Source of the DNA: Octopus vulgaris
Taxonomy: Eukaryota
Assembly (NCBI GenBank): GCA_951406725.2
Contig: OX597837.1
Span: 9,424,001 to 9,488,000 of the forward strand
DNA length: 64,000 nucleotides
Direction of reading: 5' to 3'
Each line of letters opens with the position of its first letter. Positions within the stretch are counted from its first letter, which is position 1. Below, piece after piece: positions 42,090 through 56,441 of the stretch. The notes below the pieces were generated by a model. It was not told where the DNA came from and did no database searches. It was given only the letters and a program-made list of their open reading frames with translations. The position numbers and the translations under genes were made by a program.

Positions 42090-42170
<81 letters not shown>
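42030..42170. repeat. (TATC)n array, right flank of the Tx1 element
   Basis: Directly visible. Confidence 0.95.
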
Positions 42171-42480
42171 GTTCTTTCTTTCGTTCTTTCTCTCTATCCA
42201 TATATCTATCTCCATCACTCGCCATCTCCTGTATTCTATTCATCTCTCTACTCATTCCATAACATTTTCCCCTTTTCTTTCTTCCTCGCTCTCTTTCCCT
42301 CTCTCTTTCTCTCTCTTCTTCTCATTCTCCTTCTCTCTCTCTCTCTTCTCTTTCTTAGTTGGTTTCGTTCTTTCTCTCTGTTTTTTTCTGTCCTTTCTTC
42401 CTTCACTCATTCCATGACTTGCTCTCTTTCTTTCTCTATTAATCTAACAATTTCTCTGTCTCATACAAAATGCTATTCTT

Positions 42481-42518
<38 letters not shown>

Positions 42519-42572
42519 TCTCTCTATCTATCTATCTATCTATTTATCTATCTACCTCTCACTCTTTCCTCT

Positions 42573-42624
<52 letters not shown>

Positions 42625-43014
42625 TCGTATATAATTCACTCAGATTCACTTACATCCCTATCTCAGCACTCACTCTCTCTGTATTTTGAATATATTTCTC
42701 ACTCTCTCTCTCTCTCTCTCACTCTCCTTCCCTCTCTCACTCTCTCATTTTCTTAATTTCACTGTTTCCGTTTCGCTCCCTCGCTCTCATCATTGATTTT
42801 ACTGTGTCTCACTCTTCCTGATTTTCTCTTCGAATACCATGGTTCTTAAAACGGAGAGTATCATTAATCAAGTCTAAGGATTATCAGATATAAAACTAAA
42901 CTAGCAATAGATCTAATATCAACTATAACTAGATATATCATATCTCAGTTTTAACTAAACCCAAATATGTCACATCTATGTCTTAACTTCATCTCGATAT
43001 GTTTTATCTGACAA

Positions 43015-43412
43015 CTAGTTTCAAATTTTGGCACAAAGCCAGCAATTTCTTGGATGGGGGAAGTTGATTATATCGATCCCAGTACTCAACTGGTACTTCT
43101 TTTGTCGACCTCGAAAGAATGAAAGGCAAGGCTGACCTCAGAGGGATTTGAACTCTGAACATAAATTCGGAAGAAATGCTGCTGTGAATTTCGTCAGACA
43201 CGGTTACAACTTTGCCAGTATGGCGCCAGATTTGACTGAAATTTGGTTTCAAATTTTGGTCCAAGGCCAGCAATTTCACCAAAGTTTGTACATCGATTAC
43301 ATCGACCCCATTTCTCATCTGGTACTTATTTTAACAACCTCGGAAAGAGGAAATTAGAGCTGACCTCGGCGGAATTTGAACGTGTGCTAACGATTCTGCC
43401 AGCTACCCGCCT
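43015..43412 (-). mobile_element. Two tandem SINE type C copies
   Basis: TTTCAAATTTTGG..GCCAGCAATTTC..GGTACTT..GCTGACCTC..ATTTGAAC repeated at 43015-43228 and 43245-43412. Confidence 0.78.
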
Positions 43413-44554
43413 TATTTGATCTAGATATTAACTATAAATAGGTGTTTAATATCTTTTTATATTTATTTATTAATTAGGAAGAAATGAGTGTGTTTCTAGT
43501 CCTTTACAAGATTTTTGTTGCCTGGGAAACTGAATTAGATTGATATCCTCAACCCGTTGATCTGACTAGAATGCCTCTAATGTGTCTGCTGGTGGTACTA
43601 AACCGGTCGATGGACTAAGAGTACCGCCATGTATACTATGGTAGGAATTGAACTGGGGGACGTAACGATCCGAAATAAATATCATCAAATATCTACCGCC
43701 TTATATTTGTATTAGTTTTTCAACTCCGAAAAGACAAAAGCGAATTTGAATCGATGTGATTTGAATTCAGAATGATCCTTAACAAATGCAGCTTCACATC
43801 CCCGTCCATGGGATTACTGTTTCGTGAATACGCCTCCTTGTTTTATTTGAACCTCGAAAACGAAAAAGCAAATTTGGTTTAGATGTGATTTGAACTTGGA
43901 GCGAAATGATCCTGAATTAAATCTGTATCGCATTCTAGATGGGGTATTTTTCTCAAAGTTTATTCTGCTACAATAGCAGCTGGAAATTCTTTCATTGTTC
44001 AATTAAATGGAGCCACCGGAAACGGCCGTAATGTACCAATACCTTGACACCCTTGTATTTTCCCATGATTTTTTTCTTTCAAACCTAAATTTTGACTTCC
44101 ACGGAAATTGAACTCAGAGCTGAGACAGTAAGTAAGAACAAATATTGCAAGACAGTGTATCTTACATTCAGATTGCGTCACCTTAAGCATTTAAATACAA
44201 GTTATATCAAATTTAAGTATGAAACCAAATGTTATGTATTGTAGTTAAGTATTATGCTACGTGTTGCAGTTAAATATTAATTATAGCAAGATATACAAGA
44301 ACAATGTATTAAATACGAAGGGAGATTTTACATTTATGTTTTCGTTATAATTAATGCATTTTGTCTATGAGTTAATTACTAATTATAACAATATTTATTA
44401 CATGTATGTCTTGAATACAACTACATCCAACAGTTGAAAGTAGGAGATTATATATATATATATATGCAGTTAATGCAGTTAAGCATGGTAAAATATAATA
44501 CATATATATATTTTAGTTACTTATTATTACATTTTATAATTATAATATAGTCTT

Positions 44555-44658
<104 letters not shown>

Positions 44659-44714
44659 TATATAAATATACACATACACACACATAGACACATACATATG
44701 TATATATAGGTAGA

Positions 44715-44896
44715 ATTCTCAAGAAAAGACGAAGACAGGTGGTAAACAACAGGTGGTGTAAACAACAAATATATATATAGTTTAACGTTCGGGAAGTGAA
44801 AAGGTGTTTAACATTTCGAGCCAAAGCGCTTCCACAGAAAAGAACACAGAAAGAAACAAGGAGAGAAAATAAAGAATGCATAGTGGCTAGTGATCT

Positions 44897-44900
<4 letters not shown>
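44715..44900 (-). mobile_element. Family H1 element, diverged
   Basis: Minus strand CTTTTCTGTGGAAGCGCTTTGGCTCGAAATGTTAAAC, with flanks homologous to 33325-33512. Confidence 0.7.
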
Positions 44901-44962
<62 letters not shown>

Positions 44963-45164
44963 TATATATATGCCATATTTTTATATCTTCTTATACCCTT
45001 ACACACTTTATATATACCTATATACAAATATGTAAGGATATATACATACATGTACATGCACGCACATATATGTGTATATACATGCATGCACACATGGCCT
45101 TTCCACTTTAGAGAGAACTCACTAACATCGGTTTCACAGACACAAAAATAGTGAGACTTTTTAT

Positions 45165-45211
45165 TGATGTACCTGAAGAAACCCAGAAGGGGCGAAACTT
45201 GTTGTACCCAA
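45165..45211 (+). ncRNA. Minimal type I hammerhead motif
   Basis: GTAC-CTGAAGA-AA-CCC-AGAA-GGG-GC-GAAA-C-TT-G-TT-GTAC, followed by AATAAA. Confidence 0.6.
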
Positions 45212-45254
45212 TAAAGTCTATTACACATTCCATCTCTTATTTTATTAATACTAT

Positions 45255-45289
<35 letters not shown>

Positions 45290-45312
45290 CTAATACACAC
45301 ACATGCACACGC

Positions 45313-45388
<76 letters not shown>

Positions 45389-45649
45389 TGAGGGAGATAA
45401 ATTAATATTAATTTTAATATCAATTTAAAACCAGTAGTCCAGCATACAAAAAATCTGAGAAGTCAGAGAAAATTCTAATATATGTGTATATTGGCAGGGC
45501 CAGACTGCTAGGTAGTCGGCCGTATGCTAGAAATAGATCGTCAACGATCGAACTACAAAGAAAATTCTCTAGAGGAAAAATTCAGCGAACACCAGAACTA
45601 AATTTGGCGGGCAGGACAGATGAAAATTTATATAAAAGACAGAATTAAT

Positions 45650-45722
45650 TGCATACCTCGGTTTCGGCCTTTAACAAAAGAATTACTTACATAATTCAAA
45701 TGTCCGTGGCTTCATCAGTGCA
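45650..45722 (-). ncRNA. Minimal type I hammerhead motif, intact core
   Basis: Minus strand TGCA-CTGATGA-A-GCC-(long loop)-GGC-C-GAAA-CC-GA-GG-TA-TGCA. Confidence 0.7.
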
Positions 45723-46369
45723 TTCGTTCAGTGTAAGTGCAATTTGAAAAAACTAACCCCAGCTTTCAGTGCCAAGACAGACACGTGCTTAGTTTTACCG
45801 ATTACATTAGGGATAAAATTTCAAATGTCTTGGTTCCGGCGCGCTAAGAAATTCCTGAAGTGAAGGACTGCAGTAAATAATTCACTGCGGTTAGTGCTTA
45901 CTACTAGATAACGTATTTATTTCAATATTTAAATAATGTATATATATATATATATATACACTAACATATATATAAGGCTACCATTGTTAAGACACTATGA
46001 TATTTTCCTACTTTTCCTTACATGAAAGCAATGGTCGCTTTACTTCACAAATAAAGAAATTATATCCACCGATGCGGTGTTGAGCACTCACTTTCATCGT
46101 CTGACATTTACGTATACACACACACACACACGCACATACACATACACACACACACATACACACACATACACACACACACACACACACACATATATCAATG
46201 TTTGAACAGACAGAACACAACACGGAGAAAACGTTAGACGAAAGCAAAGCAAACAGGAAACAGGACGAAAACATAAAAACAGGAAATATAGAAAAGAACA
46301 CGATACACGGAATATTTGCAGCTGAATTTTCCTCGTCAGTCAATGACCAACATATCATCGTGGTTTTGT

Positions 46370-46533
46370 ACGACGGGCCTCTTTCAGCTTCCGTCTATCA
46401 GATCCACTCACAACGCTTCGGTTGACCCTAAGCTTTTGTAGATGTCACTTGCCCCGGGTGCCACGCAGTGGGCCTGAATCCGGAACCCTGTACTTGGGAA
46501 GCCAACTTGTCACCTCACAGCCACGATTGGGCC
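46370..46533 (-). mobile_element. SINE type A, 5' half
   Basis: TACGACGGGCCTCTTTCAGCTTCCGTCTA..GTGCCACGCAGTGGG..CACAGCCAC. Confidence 0.7.
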
Positions 46534-46574
46534 TATGTTATTCTAACATTTCATTATCCAAGACTACGAACCGA

Positions 46575-46763
46575 CAGTTTTGAAAGAAGGAGGCTAATCG
46601 ATGCCATCGACCCAAATATTCGGTTGGTAATTTTGTTTACCGATTCTAAAGGATGAAAGGCAAAGTTGACTTCAATAATAACTGAAATCATAAGATAAAG
46701 AGTCGGAAGAAATGTTGCTAGGTATTTCGTCCAACGCTCTAACGATTCTGAGATTCACCGTCC
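46575..46763 (-). mobile_element. SINE type C, diverged
   Basis: CATCGACCC..AAAGGATGAAAGGCAAAGTTGAC..CTAACGATTCTG. Confidence 0.6.
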
Positions 46764-47077
46764 TTACATCTGGTTATAATAAATACTTAACTGTAATATG
46801 CTCTAGTATGGTTGCTAATTATGTTACATACTTAGTTTTAGTTAATACTGCGAATGGGTGTATCTAGTTAAAGTTAATTTCTAGTTCGAATATATCTTGT
46901 CATAGTTAATAATTAGAGCTAATATGCCGGCTTATATTTAAGACTTCTGCATTCCATCGGTTTTAGTTAATAATTAGATGTGATACATGGGATTTGGTAA
47001 ATACTTACATGTGATATATGAAACTTTAGTTAATTGTCATATTATGAAGTATCCATTTACAGCTTAATCGAAACACA

Positions 47078-47585
47078 GACATAGCTGTGTGGTTAAGAAG
47101 CGCGTTCTGCAACGAGAGGGTTTCCACTTCACTCAACATGGCCTTATTCTATAAACATATTATTCTATAGACCCAAGCCGCCCAATGCTTTGTCAACGAG
47201 TTTGGTTGGCGGAAACTGCGGAAGCTCATCATATTTATATATTTGGATTTCACTTTGTGTTTGTGGCCAAGTATCTTATTCTATAGACCCAAGCCGTCCA
47301 ATGCTTTGTGAACGAGTTTGGTTTACGGAAACTGTGCGGAAGCCCATCATATACATATATTTGGATTTCACTTTCTTTATGTTTGTGCCTGTTTCCACTC
47401 GCCAAACAACCGGTGTTTGTTAATATAAGCCATCTTAAATCTAGCGGTTAGGCCAAGGGCACTTACTGCGTAAGTACCTTACTTAAAAAACAAGTATTGA
47501 GGTCGATTCCTCCGACTAAACCCCACAAGACGGTGCCCCATCATGGCCGCTGTTCAATGACTGAAACGAGTAAAAGTAAAAGGTA
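47078..47585 (+). mobile_element. SINE type A variant with internal ~115-bp tandem duplication
   Basis: TATTCTATAGACCCAAGCCG...TTTGGATTTCACTTT occurs at ~47161 and ~47277. 3' end CATGGCCGCTGTTCAATGACTGAAACGAGTAAAAG. Confidence 0.7.
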
Positions 47586-47960
47586 AATGGCTCACTACGT
47601 TTGCACCGTAGGCGTTTGCTACTTTAGCCTCTGACCGACCAAAGCCTTGTGAATGGATTTCATTAACGGAAACCTAATTATTCTTCAGCAGCTAACTAAC
47701 AAATAGCGGCTGGATTATCAACTATTTCTGTGGTATTAATGCTATACGGATAAATATTGCAATTAATAGTTTTATATATTAATGGCTAAAACTAAGTCTC
47801 GACATTAATGGTATTAAATATATATGAAAATAAAGTGGTTGTGCAGCTACTAAGCTGAGATATTATTTACAGACAATCCATCTTAGACTATCACTTATTA
47901 TTGTTTAATTATTCACGTTTAAAAAAAAATAATGTCGAATTGTCAGAGCTGTTTACAAAA

Positions 47961-48122
47961 GGTGCAGGAGTGGCTGTGTGGTAAGTAGCTTGATTACCAA
48001 CCACATGGTTCCGAGTTCAGTCCCACTGCGTGGCACCTTGGGCAAGTGTCTTCTATTATAGCCTCGGGCCGACCAAAGCTTCATGAGTGGATTTGGTAGA
48101 CGGAAACTGAAAGAAGCCCGTC

Positions 48123-48167
<45 letters not shown>

Positions 48168-48552
48168 GTGGTTGTATACTGTCAAATCAATGTGACAGTC
48201 CCGTAAGGGAATTTCACCACCGCCATTTAGCCCTAGGAAACATCGACATATCCTGTCGGCTTTGACACATTTTCTACGTCCTTATATTTGCAAAGAAGAG
48301 GCAATCACCCCCGCCAGCTGGAACGTGTGTGTCTATGTTTGTGTGTCTGTGTTTGTCCTCCATCATCGCTTGACAACCGATGCTGGTGTGTTTACGTCCC
48401 CGTAACTTAGCGGTTCGGCAAAAGGGACCGATAGAATAAGTACTAGGCTTACAAAGAATAAGTCCTGGGGGTCGATTTTCTTCGACTAAAGGGCGGTGCT
48501 CCAGCATGGCCGCAGTCAAATTGCTGAAACAAGAAAAAAGAATAAAAGAATA
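47961..48552 (+). mobile_element. SINE type A, full length, with a nested insertion in its (TA)n
   Basis: Near-identical to 14041-14468 apart from the 48167-48324 insert. Confidence 0.92.
48167..48324 (-). mobile_element. Truncated copy of the 60749-61040 element (family H2)
   Basis: Homologous to 60749-60906 (ACAGTCCCGTAAGGGAATT..CCATTTAGCCCTAGGAAACATCGAC). Strand inferred from the hammerhead in the longer copy. Confidence 0.8.
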
Positions 48553-48589
48553 ACCGTGAAATATTTCGCGAAACATTTGTATGGTGCGT

Positions 48590-50019
<1,430 letters not shown>

Positions 50020-50568
50020 GATGCAGTACCAGGCAGTGGCTCTCATGGCTTCTGATCTTAACTGATTGGAAGTGTTATCATGTACATTGTTTTGTCTTGG
50101 TATAAAAGATGGGCTACAGCAAATATTCTGCTCAATACCACAGATTTGCTTGTCAGTTGTTTGACCTTAACCAGTTGAGCATGTCCCTTAGTGGCTGACG
50201 ATATGTGCATCTCTGATCACGAGCAGAAGTAGTGGGGGAGCATCATAACCATGTGTTGAGAGGGATTCTTTGGGGTTTGAATAGTTCACCTCTGGAAACA
50301 TGGGTGATTCTTTCAACATCCTTAAACAACCCTTATTCAGGGACCGTTTGAGCAGGATGGGCTACTCAACCTGAAGAAAATTCTAACTGGGCCGCACCTG
50401 CAAGGTCATGTGCTGTTTATCTTGATATGAGATCACCATGTCGCGCACATATGGTTGTGATGCATGTGCCTGGTGTACCTTTATCAGACGGGTAGTCATG
50501 ATGGGTATATTGGGCTTCGTATTTTTTACCCCAGTGTCACTTTGATGGCATGAACTGCTCTCTCACTC
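50020..50568 (+). mobile_element. Non-coding ~550-bp element inserted in (TAA)n (LINE 3' UTR or non-autonomous R4 partner)
   Basis: (TAA)n on both sides and no ORF. Related copies at 7485-7985 and 51228-51311, the latter also ending in (TAA)n. Confidence 0.75.
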
Positions 50569-50632
<64 letters not shown>

Positions 50633-50636
50633 CTAC

Positions 50637-50732
50637 GAGCACGTTCTGAGTTCACGTTCCACCGAGGTCGACTTTGCCTTTCATCCATTCGATATCGATA
50701 AGATAAGTACCAGTCGAACACTGGGGTCGATG
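50637..50732 (+). mobile_element. SINE type C, partial
   Basis: ACGTTCTGAGTTCA..CCGAGGTCGACTTTGCCTTTCATCC..TCGATAAGATAAGTACCAG. Confidence 0.75.
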
Positions 50733-50749
50733 TATTATTATTATTGTTG

Positions 50750-50802
<53 letters not shown>

Positions 50803-50803
<1 letters not shown>

Positions 50804-51179
50804 TATGTTTGACTTTTGCTTTATGTCTGTACAAGTTGGCTCCAAGTCTCACCCAGAGACCTCAAGAGACAACAGGTTGGAAGTTCTGTGCCATATATTT
50901 GGTTTTTATTTTTTTTTGGTGTTGTACTAGTGAATGTCTAATACATAAAAATAAAAAATAAATAAATAAAAAATTTTTTAAAAAAAGTTTGTTTTAAACC
51001 TTGGGATTACATAGAGAGTATTTTGCGTAGGATATGAGCAGTTCCCATGAGAACTATCTTTTGAATTTCTGCCATTTTGGGGTTTCCTGGTATCTGAGTT
51101 AGGTAGCAATCAGTCCCTTTCGCTATCATTCCCAGGGCACCTATGACAACAGGTATTGTTTTAGTCTTCAGCTTCCACA

Positions 51180-51184
<5 letters not shown>
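50803..51184 (-). mobile_element. R4/Dong LINE 3' fragment, second family
   Basis: Minus strand KMWKLKTKTIPVVIGALGMIAKG..AEIQKIVLMGTAHILRKILSM* (stop 51007-51009). Distinct 3' UTR, (TAA)n on both sides. Confidence 0.9.
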
Positions 51185-51227
<43 letters not shown>

Positions 51228-51311
51228 GACTGAGAGAGGAGTACATGCCATCAAAGTGACACTGGGGTAAAATATACGAAGCCCAGTATACCCGTCTGAT
51301 AAGGGTACACC
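51228..51311 (-). mobile_element. 3' tip of the 50020-50568 element
   Basis: Reverse complement of ~50472-50568 with a 13-nt deletion between GGGTA repeats. Lies in (TAA)n. Confidence 0.8.
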
Positions 51312-51332
51312 TTATTATTGTTATTATTATTA

Positions 51333-51386
<54 letters not shown>

Positions 51387-51387
<1 letters not shown>

Positions 51388-51699
51388 AGGCGTCGCACAT
51401 TATACAATATCATGAGGTTATTGATTGAAGATATTGTGTCTACCGGGGGTTTGTACTGTTTATCAAGTCACAACAAGGACCTCAGACAAACAGTACTTTA
51501 CGCAATAAGCGTGCAGTGCTAAGTAATACCGACTTTTGCAAAACATCAAGATTGTAGGGTATTTCTAAAGTTTTCAGATGTTTTTTTTTCGGATTGGGTG
51601 GTATTGAACCCAGTGCTCGGATGACAATAGGGATAAGCTTTACGTTCGACTCTCGTAGCGGCCACATCTTAGCGATCTTAGTTCTCAGGTCACCATATT
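51387..51699 (-). mobile_element. R4/Dong LINE 3' fragment, third family
   Basis: KYGDLRTKIAKMW..VKLIPIVIRALGSIP..LQKSVLLSTARLLRKVL*. The 3' UTR runs into (TAA)n. It probably continues at ~52146-52200 beyond the SINE. Confidence 0.85.
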
Positions 51700-51907
51700 T
51701 ACTCTCTTTACTTTTTTCAATTATTTGACTGCGGCCATGCAGAAGCATTGCCTTTAGTCGAGGAAATCGACCCCATGATATATTCTTTGTAAGCCTAGTA
51801 CTTATTCTAATGGTCTATTTTGCCGAATGGCTACGTTACGGGGACGTAAACACACCAGCATCAGTTGTCAGGCAATGCTGGGGGGACAAACACAGACACA
51901 CAAACAT

Positions 51908-51989
<82 letters not shown>

Positions 51990-52130
51990 GAGCTTCTTTC
52001 AGTTTCCGTCTACCGAATCCATCCACAAGGCTTTGGTAGAAGACACTTGCCCAAGGTGCCACCCAGTGGGACTGAACCCGAACGTTGTTGTTGGTAAGCA
52101 AGCTACTTACCACACACCCACCCCTGCGCC
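51700..52130 (-). mobile_element. SINE type A, full length
   Basis: Reverse complement of 14041-14468 with expanded internal (TA)n. Confidence 0.9.
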
Positions 52131-52257
52131 TATATCAAAACAGTTATCAATTTTTATATTTCTTTCATGATGGTATGTTGATCTGGGACTAAGCATTCTT
52201 ATTTGTACCGTCTGAAGGTTACTCTATCTAGCCTTGTTCCTGTAGTAATAATTGCTA

Positions 52258-52498
52258 TAAAATTGTGCATACACGTGGCCATTAATATGTATGTTGTGTA
52301 TTATACGATACAACTGTATATTCAGAAACCAATGCGAAGAAAAAGGCTAGCTCATCAGATCATAAGAACATAATGCTTAAACCAAACCATGATGATCTGA
52401 TGAGCTAGCTTTGATATCTCCTTTGGTTTCTGAATATATATTTGTATGGTATAATATATAACAATTCATATTAAGGTAAACGTGTACACTCAATTTTA
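52258..52498. repeat. Imperfect ~240-bp palindrome (MITE-like)
   Basis: GCTAGCTCATCAGATCAT/ATGATCTGATGAGCTAGC, TATATTCAGAAACCA/TGGTTTCTGAATATA and TAAAATTG/CAATTTTA pair symmetrically. Confidence 0.8.
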
Positions 52499-52682
52499 CT
52501 CCATATTAAAATGGCACCGAAGGCCATGAGACGGCTATAATCCTGAGGTTGTGACGTGGTGAAATAAATATATTCATTTCGCATACCTCCCGAGCAACAA
52601 AACTAATATGCCCGCTTGTGCTTCCTCAACAGACTTCGTCGTTTGTTTCCTATAAATATGATCTGTCTATCTACCTACGTAC

Positions 52683-52790
<108 letters not shown>

Positions 52791-52829
52791 TTATCTATCT
52801 ATTTAGATTTATATATGAGTGCGTGTGTG

Positions 52830-53025
52830 ACCGCGTATGTATCGTTGGCGATTTTTTACCTCTGTCTTCCCTTCCTTGGATCTTTCCTTTTCCTATGTTT
52901 CTGACGCAGAGCTCCGCTCGAAACGTTAGCTCCTCCTTCTTTCTTTCCTTTCCTGAGCGTCCAATAACGCTATACTTGTTCCACGTCCTCGCGTTGTTGT
53001 GTTTTCATGTTTGGATTAACTTTAT
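52830..53025 (+). mobile_element. H1-related hammerhead-bearing element
   Basis: GTTT-CTGACGC-A-GAGC-TCC-GCTC-GAAA-CG-TT followed by TTCCTGAGCG..TAATA, as in H1. Confidence 0.65.
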
Positions 53026-53769
53026 ATATATGTATGTATATATATATAAATATATATATAGATAGATAGATAGATGAAGAGAAAAACACTTATTCACGCA
53101 TACAAAAACACTGACACGCGCATACACACACAAGACACATACGCACACACACGCATATAACATATATATATATAAAATATAATTGTAGAAAGGCAGACAG
53201 AGGCAATGGCAGAGGGAGAGAAATAGAGTGAGAGAAAGAGAAAACCTCCTCTGCATAATTTTTTAAAATATTAAACTTTTTAACAGAGATTTATTAGACG
53301 AAGTCTTTTATTCAAATCAAGATATTGCTAATGGAATTTAGAAATAAAAAAAAACAGTAATAGATAACGAAATAAAAAAAAATCGAATAATCCATAATTC
53401 TTTAAAACTTATCATCTTTAAACAGTTTTTTCTTCTATTTTAACTAGATCTGATTGAGTTTTTTTTAATTTGTTCATTAAATAATTGTTTTTTGTTATTT
53501 CTTCATTCAGCTTTCTTAATCTTGAACTATCTATGCCAACTCAGGACCTTAATTATAACACACATCAATCTATCTGTCTGTCTGCCTGTCTGTCTCTGTT
53601 ACTCTGCCTATCTATCTATTTTCCTGTTTATCTATCTACCTGTCTATTTATCTCTCTGTCCCTCTGTCTATCTATCGACCTATCTACGTCCTCTCAACGA
53701 TTAGCCGGAGAGAATTATTAAAATGAGAATATCAGAAAGAAACTCGGCTGCTCTCACAAATGAGAATAC

Positions 53770-54000
53770 TAAAAACGAACCCGACCGCTCTGGAAACTGA
53801 AGTAAAACAACAGGAAAAATAATCCAGAATCCTTGTCCGGTACCGGATCGATCCCAAAATCTAATCAGTTTGTGCCAGTTACAAGGCCAAACATATCTGA
53901 AAGTTTCCTCCGAATCCATTCGGCGGTTCTTGAGATATTTTGTCCACGGCCAAACACGGCTAAGGCGAAAGTAACAAGTCTATTGCAGAGAGTGCTGGCT
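53770..54000. mobile_element. Non-autonomous DNA element, Crypton-like end (tentative)
   Basis: TCCGGTACCGGATCGATCCCAAAATCTAATCAGTT...AAGTTTC..AATCCATTCGGCGGTTCTTGAGATAT resembles widespread non-autonomous Crypton-type repeats. Family assignment is from memory. Confidence 0.35.
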
Positions 54001-54444
54001 AAAATATATAGATATAATTTGTATTACGGAGCAGGAAAGGAACAATACTACTGTACATGAGATTTATAATAATATAGTGATCTCTATAATTACTATACTG
54101 GAGATGCGTATCTCTAAGAATGTTTCTCAAAAGTAAAGGCCATATACTTATATATGCCACATATGGTTTATATATATATATGTATATAATCACACACACG
54201 TGCACACATATATGCATATGTATATATTTGTATGAGTATATGTATATACATGTATTTGTCTACAAATACATTATATATTCACACATAATGTATATATAAT
54301 ATATATGTGTATGAGTATATATATATATATGATATATGTATATACGCATACGTATATACTCGTATAAAAGTGACATGCACATAATCATACACACACACGA
54401 ACACACAGACACACACACGGCATACACACGAACACGCGCACACA

Positions 54445-54492
<48 letters not shown>

Positions 54493-54613
54493 TATATACA
54501 TGTGCGTATATATATATATATATATACATGTATATATATATATATACACACACACACATATGAAGGCATTTATAATATACAGACATATGGGTGTAGGTGC
54601 TTGCATGAATGTG

Positions 54614-54650
<37 letters not shown>

Positions 54651-54685
54651 TATATACATGTATATACATGTAAATATATATATTC

Positions 54686-54716
<31 letters not shown>

Positions 54717-55427
54717 TATATTTATATATATATATATATATACATAAATATTCATATATATATATATATATGCACATAAGAATGAGTATATATGGGCGTC
54801 TGTGCGTGCTTCAGTGTGTGTATAAATCTATGTAATATATTGCATGGCGTTGTATGTGTATATTTTTCCAGATTAAAAGAAAATAAAACAAGTGCAGAAA
54901 ATGATGGAAGACGCTACAAGCAAAGACATTTGTCTCTATTTCAGCATCTTTACATTTCTATCATCAGATTAAAAAGTCAAAATAAATAAAGAAGAACGAC
55001 AAAAAGAAATGGGGGGAAGGAAGGAACAAAGAAAGAGAGAAAGAAAGAAAGAAAGAAAGAAAGAGAGAAGGAGAGAAAGAAAGAGAGATAGAAGGAAGCA
55101 TGTAAACAAACCAACAAAAGGAAAGAAGAGTGAATGAAAGAAGAAATAGAAACCTAATTAGTATTAATCCGAAATTAATGATTCAGTTGGAGAATGATAT
55201 CAAGAAAAATATCACGTGACAAACCGGCCATATCATATTACGAAAGAAAAGTACAACGTTATTCACCAAGTTTCTTTTTAGCGCTGTGTCTGTTTGTTTT
55301 GGATTATTTCCTACATTTTCGGTCTTCCATACATAATTTGATTAGGCAACCAATGTACAATGTGCGTTCGCTGATGGTATGCTGTATGTTCTTTGCATTC
55401 CATGTCTGTGTATATATGGAATACATG

Positions 55428-55593
<166 letters not shown>

Positions 55594-55976
55594 ATATATA
55601 CACTTAGAAATGCACACACGCTTATACACACACACACTTACACACACACACACACACTCACATTCAAACACAAACATACACATACACATAGAATGTGAGC
55701 TGTACAGTTTTGCTACGATGTAAGTAAAAAAAAAAATCTCGTTCAGAAACGTATTCAGACACACGCATATATATTTGAAACACATAAATATATAGACAAC
55801 ACGCAGCTCAGTCCCATACACACACAGACACAAACAGACAAACACACACACATACAGCCATATACATACACAAACACATACGAAAAATATAAAATATGAT
55901 ATTACGTTATAAAGACCGTTCGATTTGACGTATATAATTATATGTTTGAAAGTTCTCTGCCTCATATGTATTTGCA

Positions 55977-56107
<131 letters not shown>

Positions 56108-56150
56108 CAATATATATTTCAATATAGATAACTGTATATACATGTACATC

Positions 56151-56224
<74 letters not shown>

Positions 56225-56383
56225 TGTGCGTGTTTTGTACATCTATATATATAAAGACATATATATATATATATACATATATGTATATTTATGTGTATAT
56301 ATATAAATATATATATATAAAATTTTATATATATAAATACATACAAAATTTTGTATATATATATATATATACATACATATATA

Positions 56384-56441
<58 letters not shown>

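Noticed and set aside
52396-52430. CTGATGA as a hammerhead or C/D-box core
   Set aside because: No GAAA/stem III follows and no matched C/D architecture is present. It is part of a palindrome arm.
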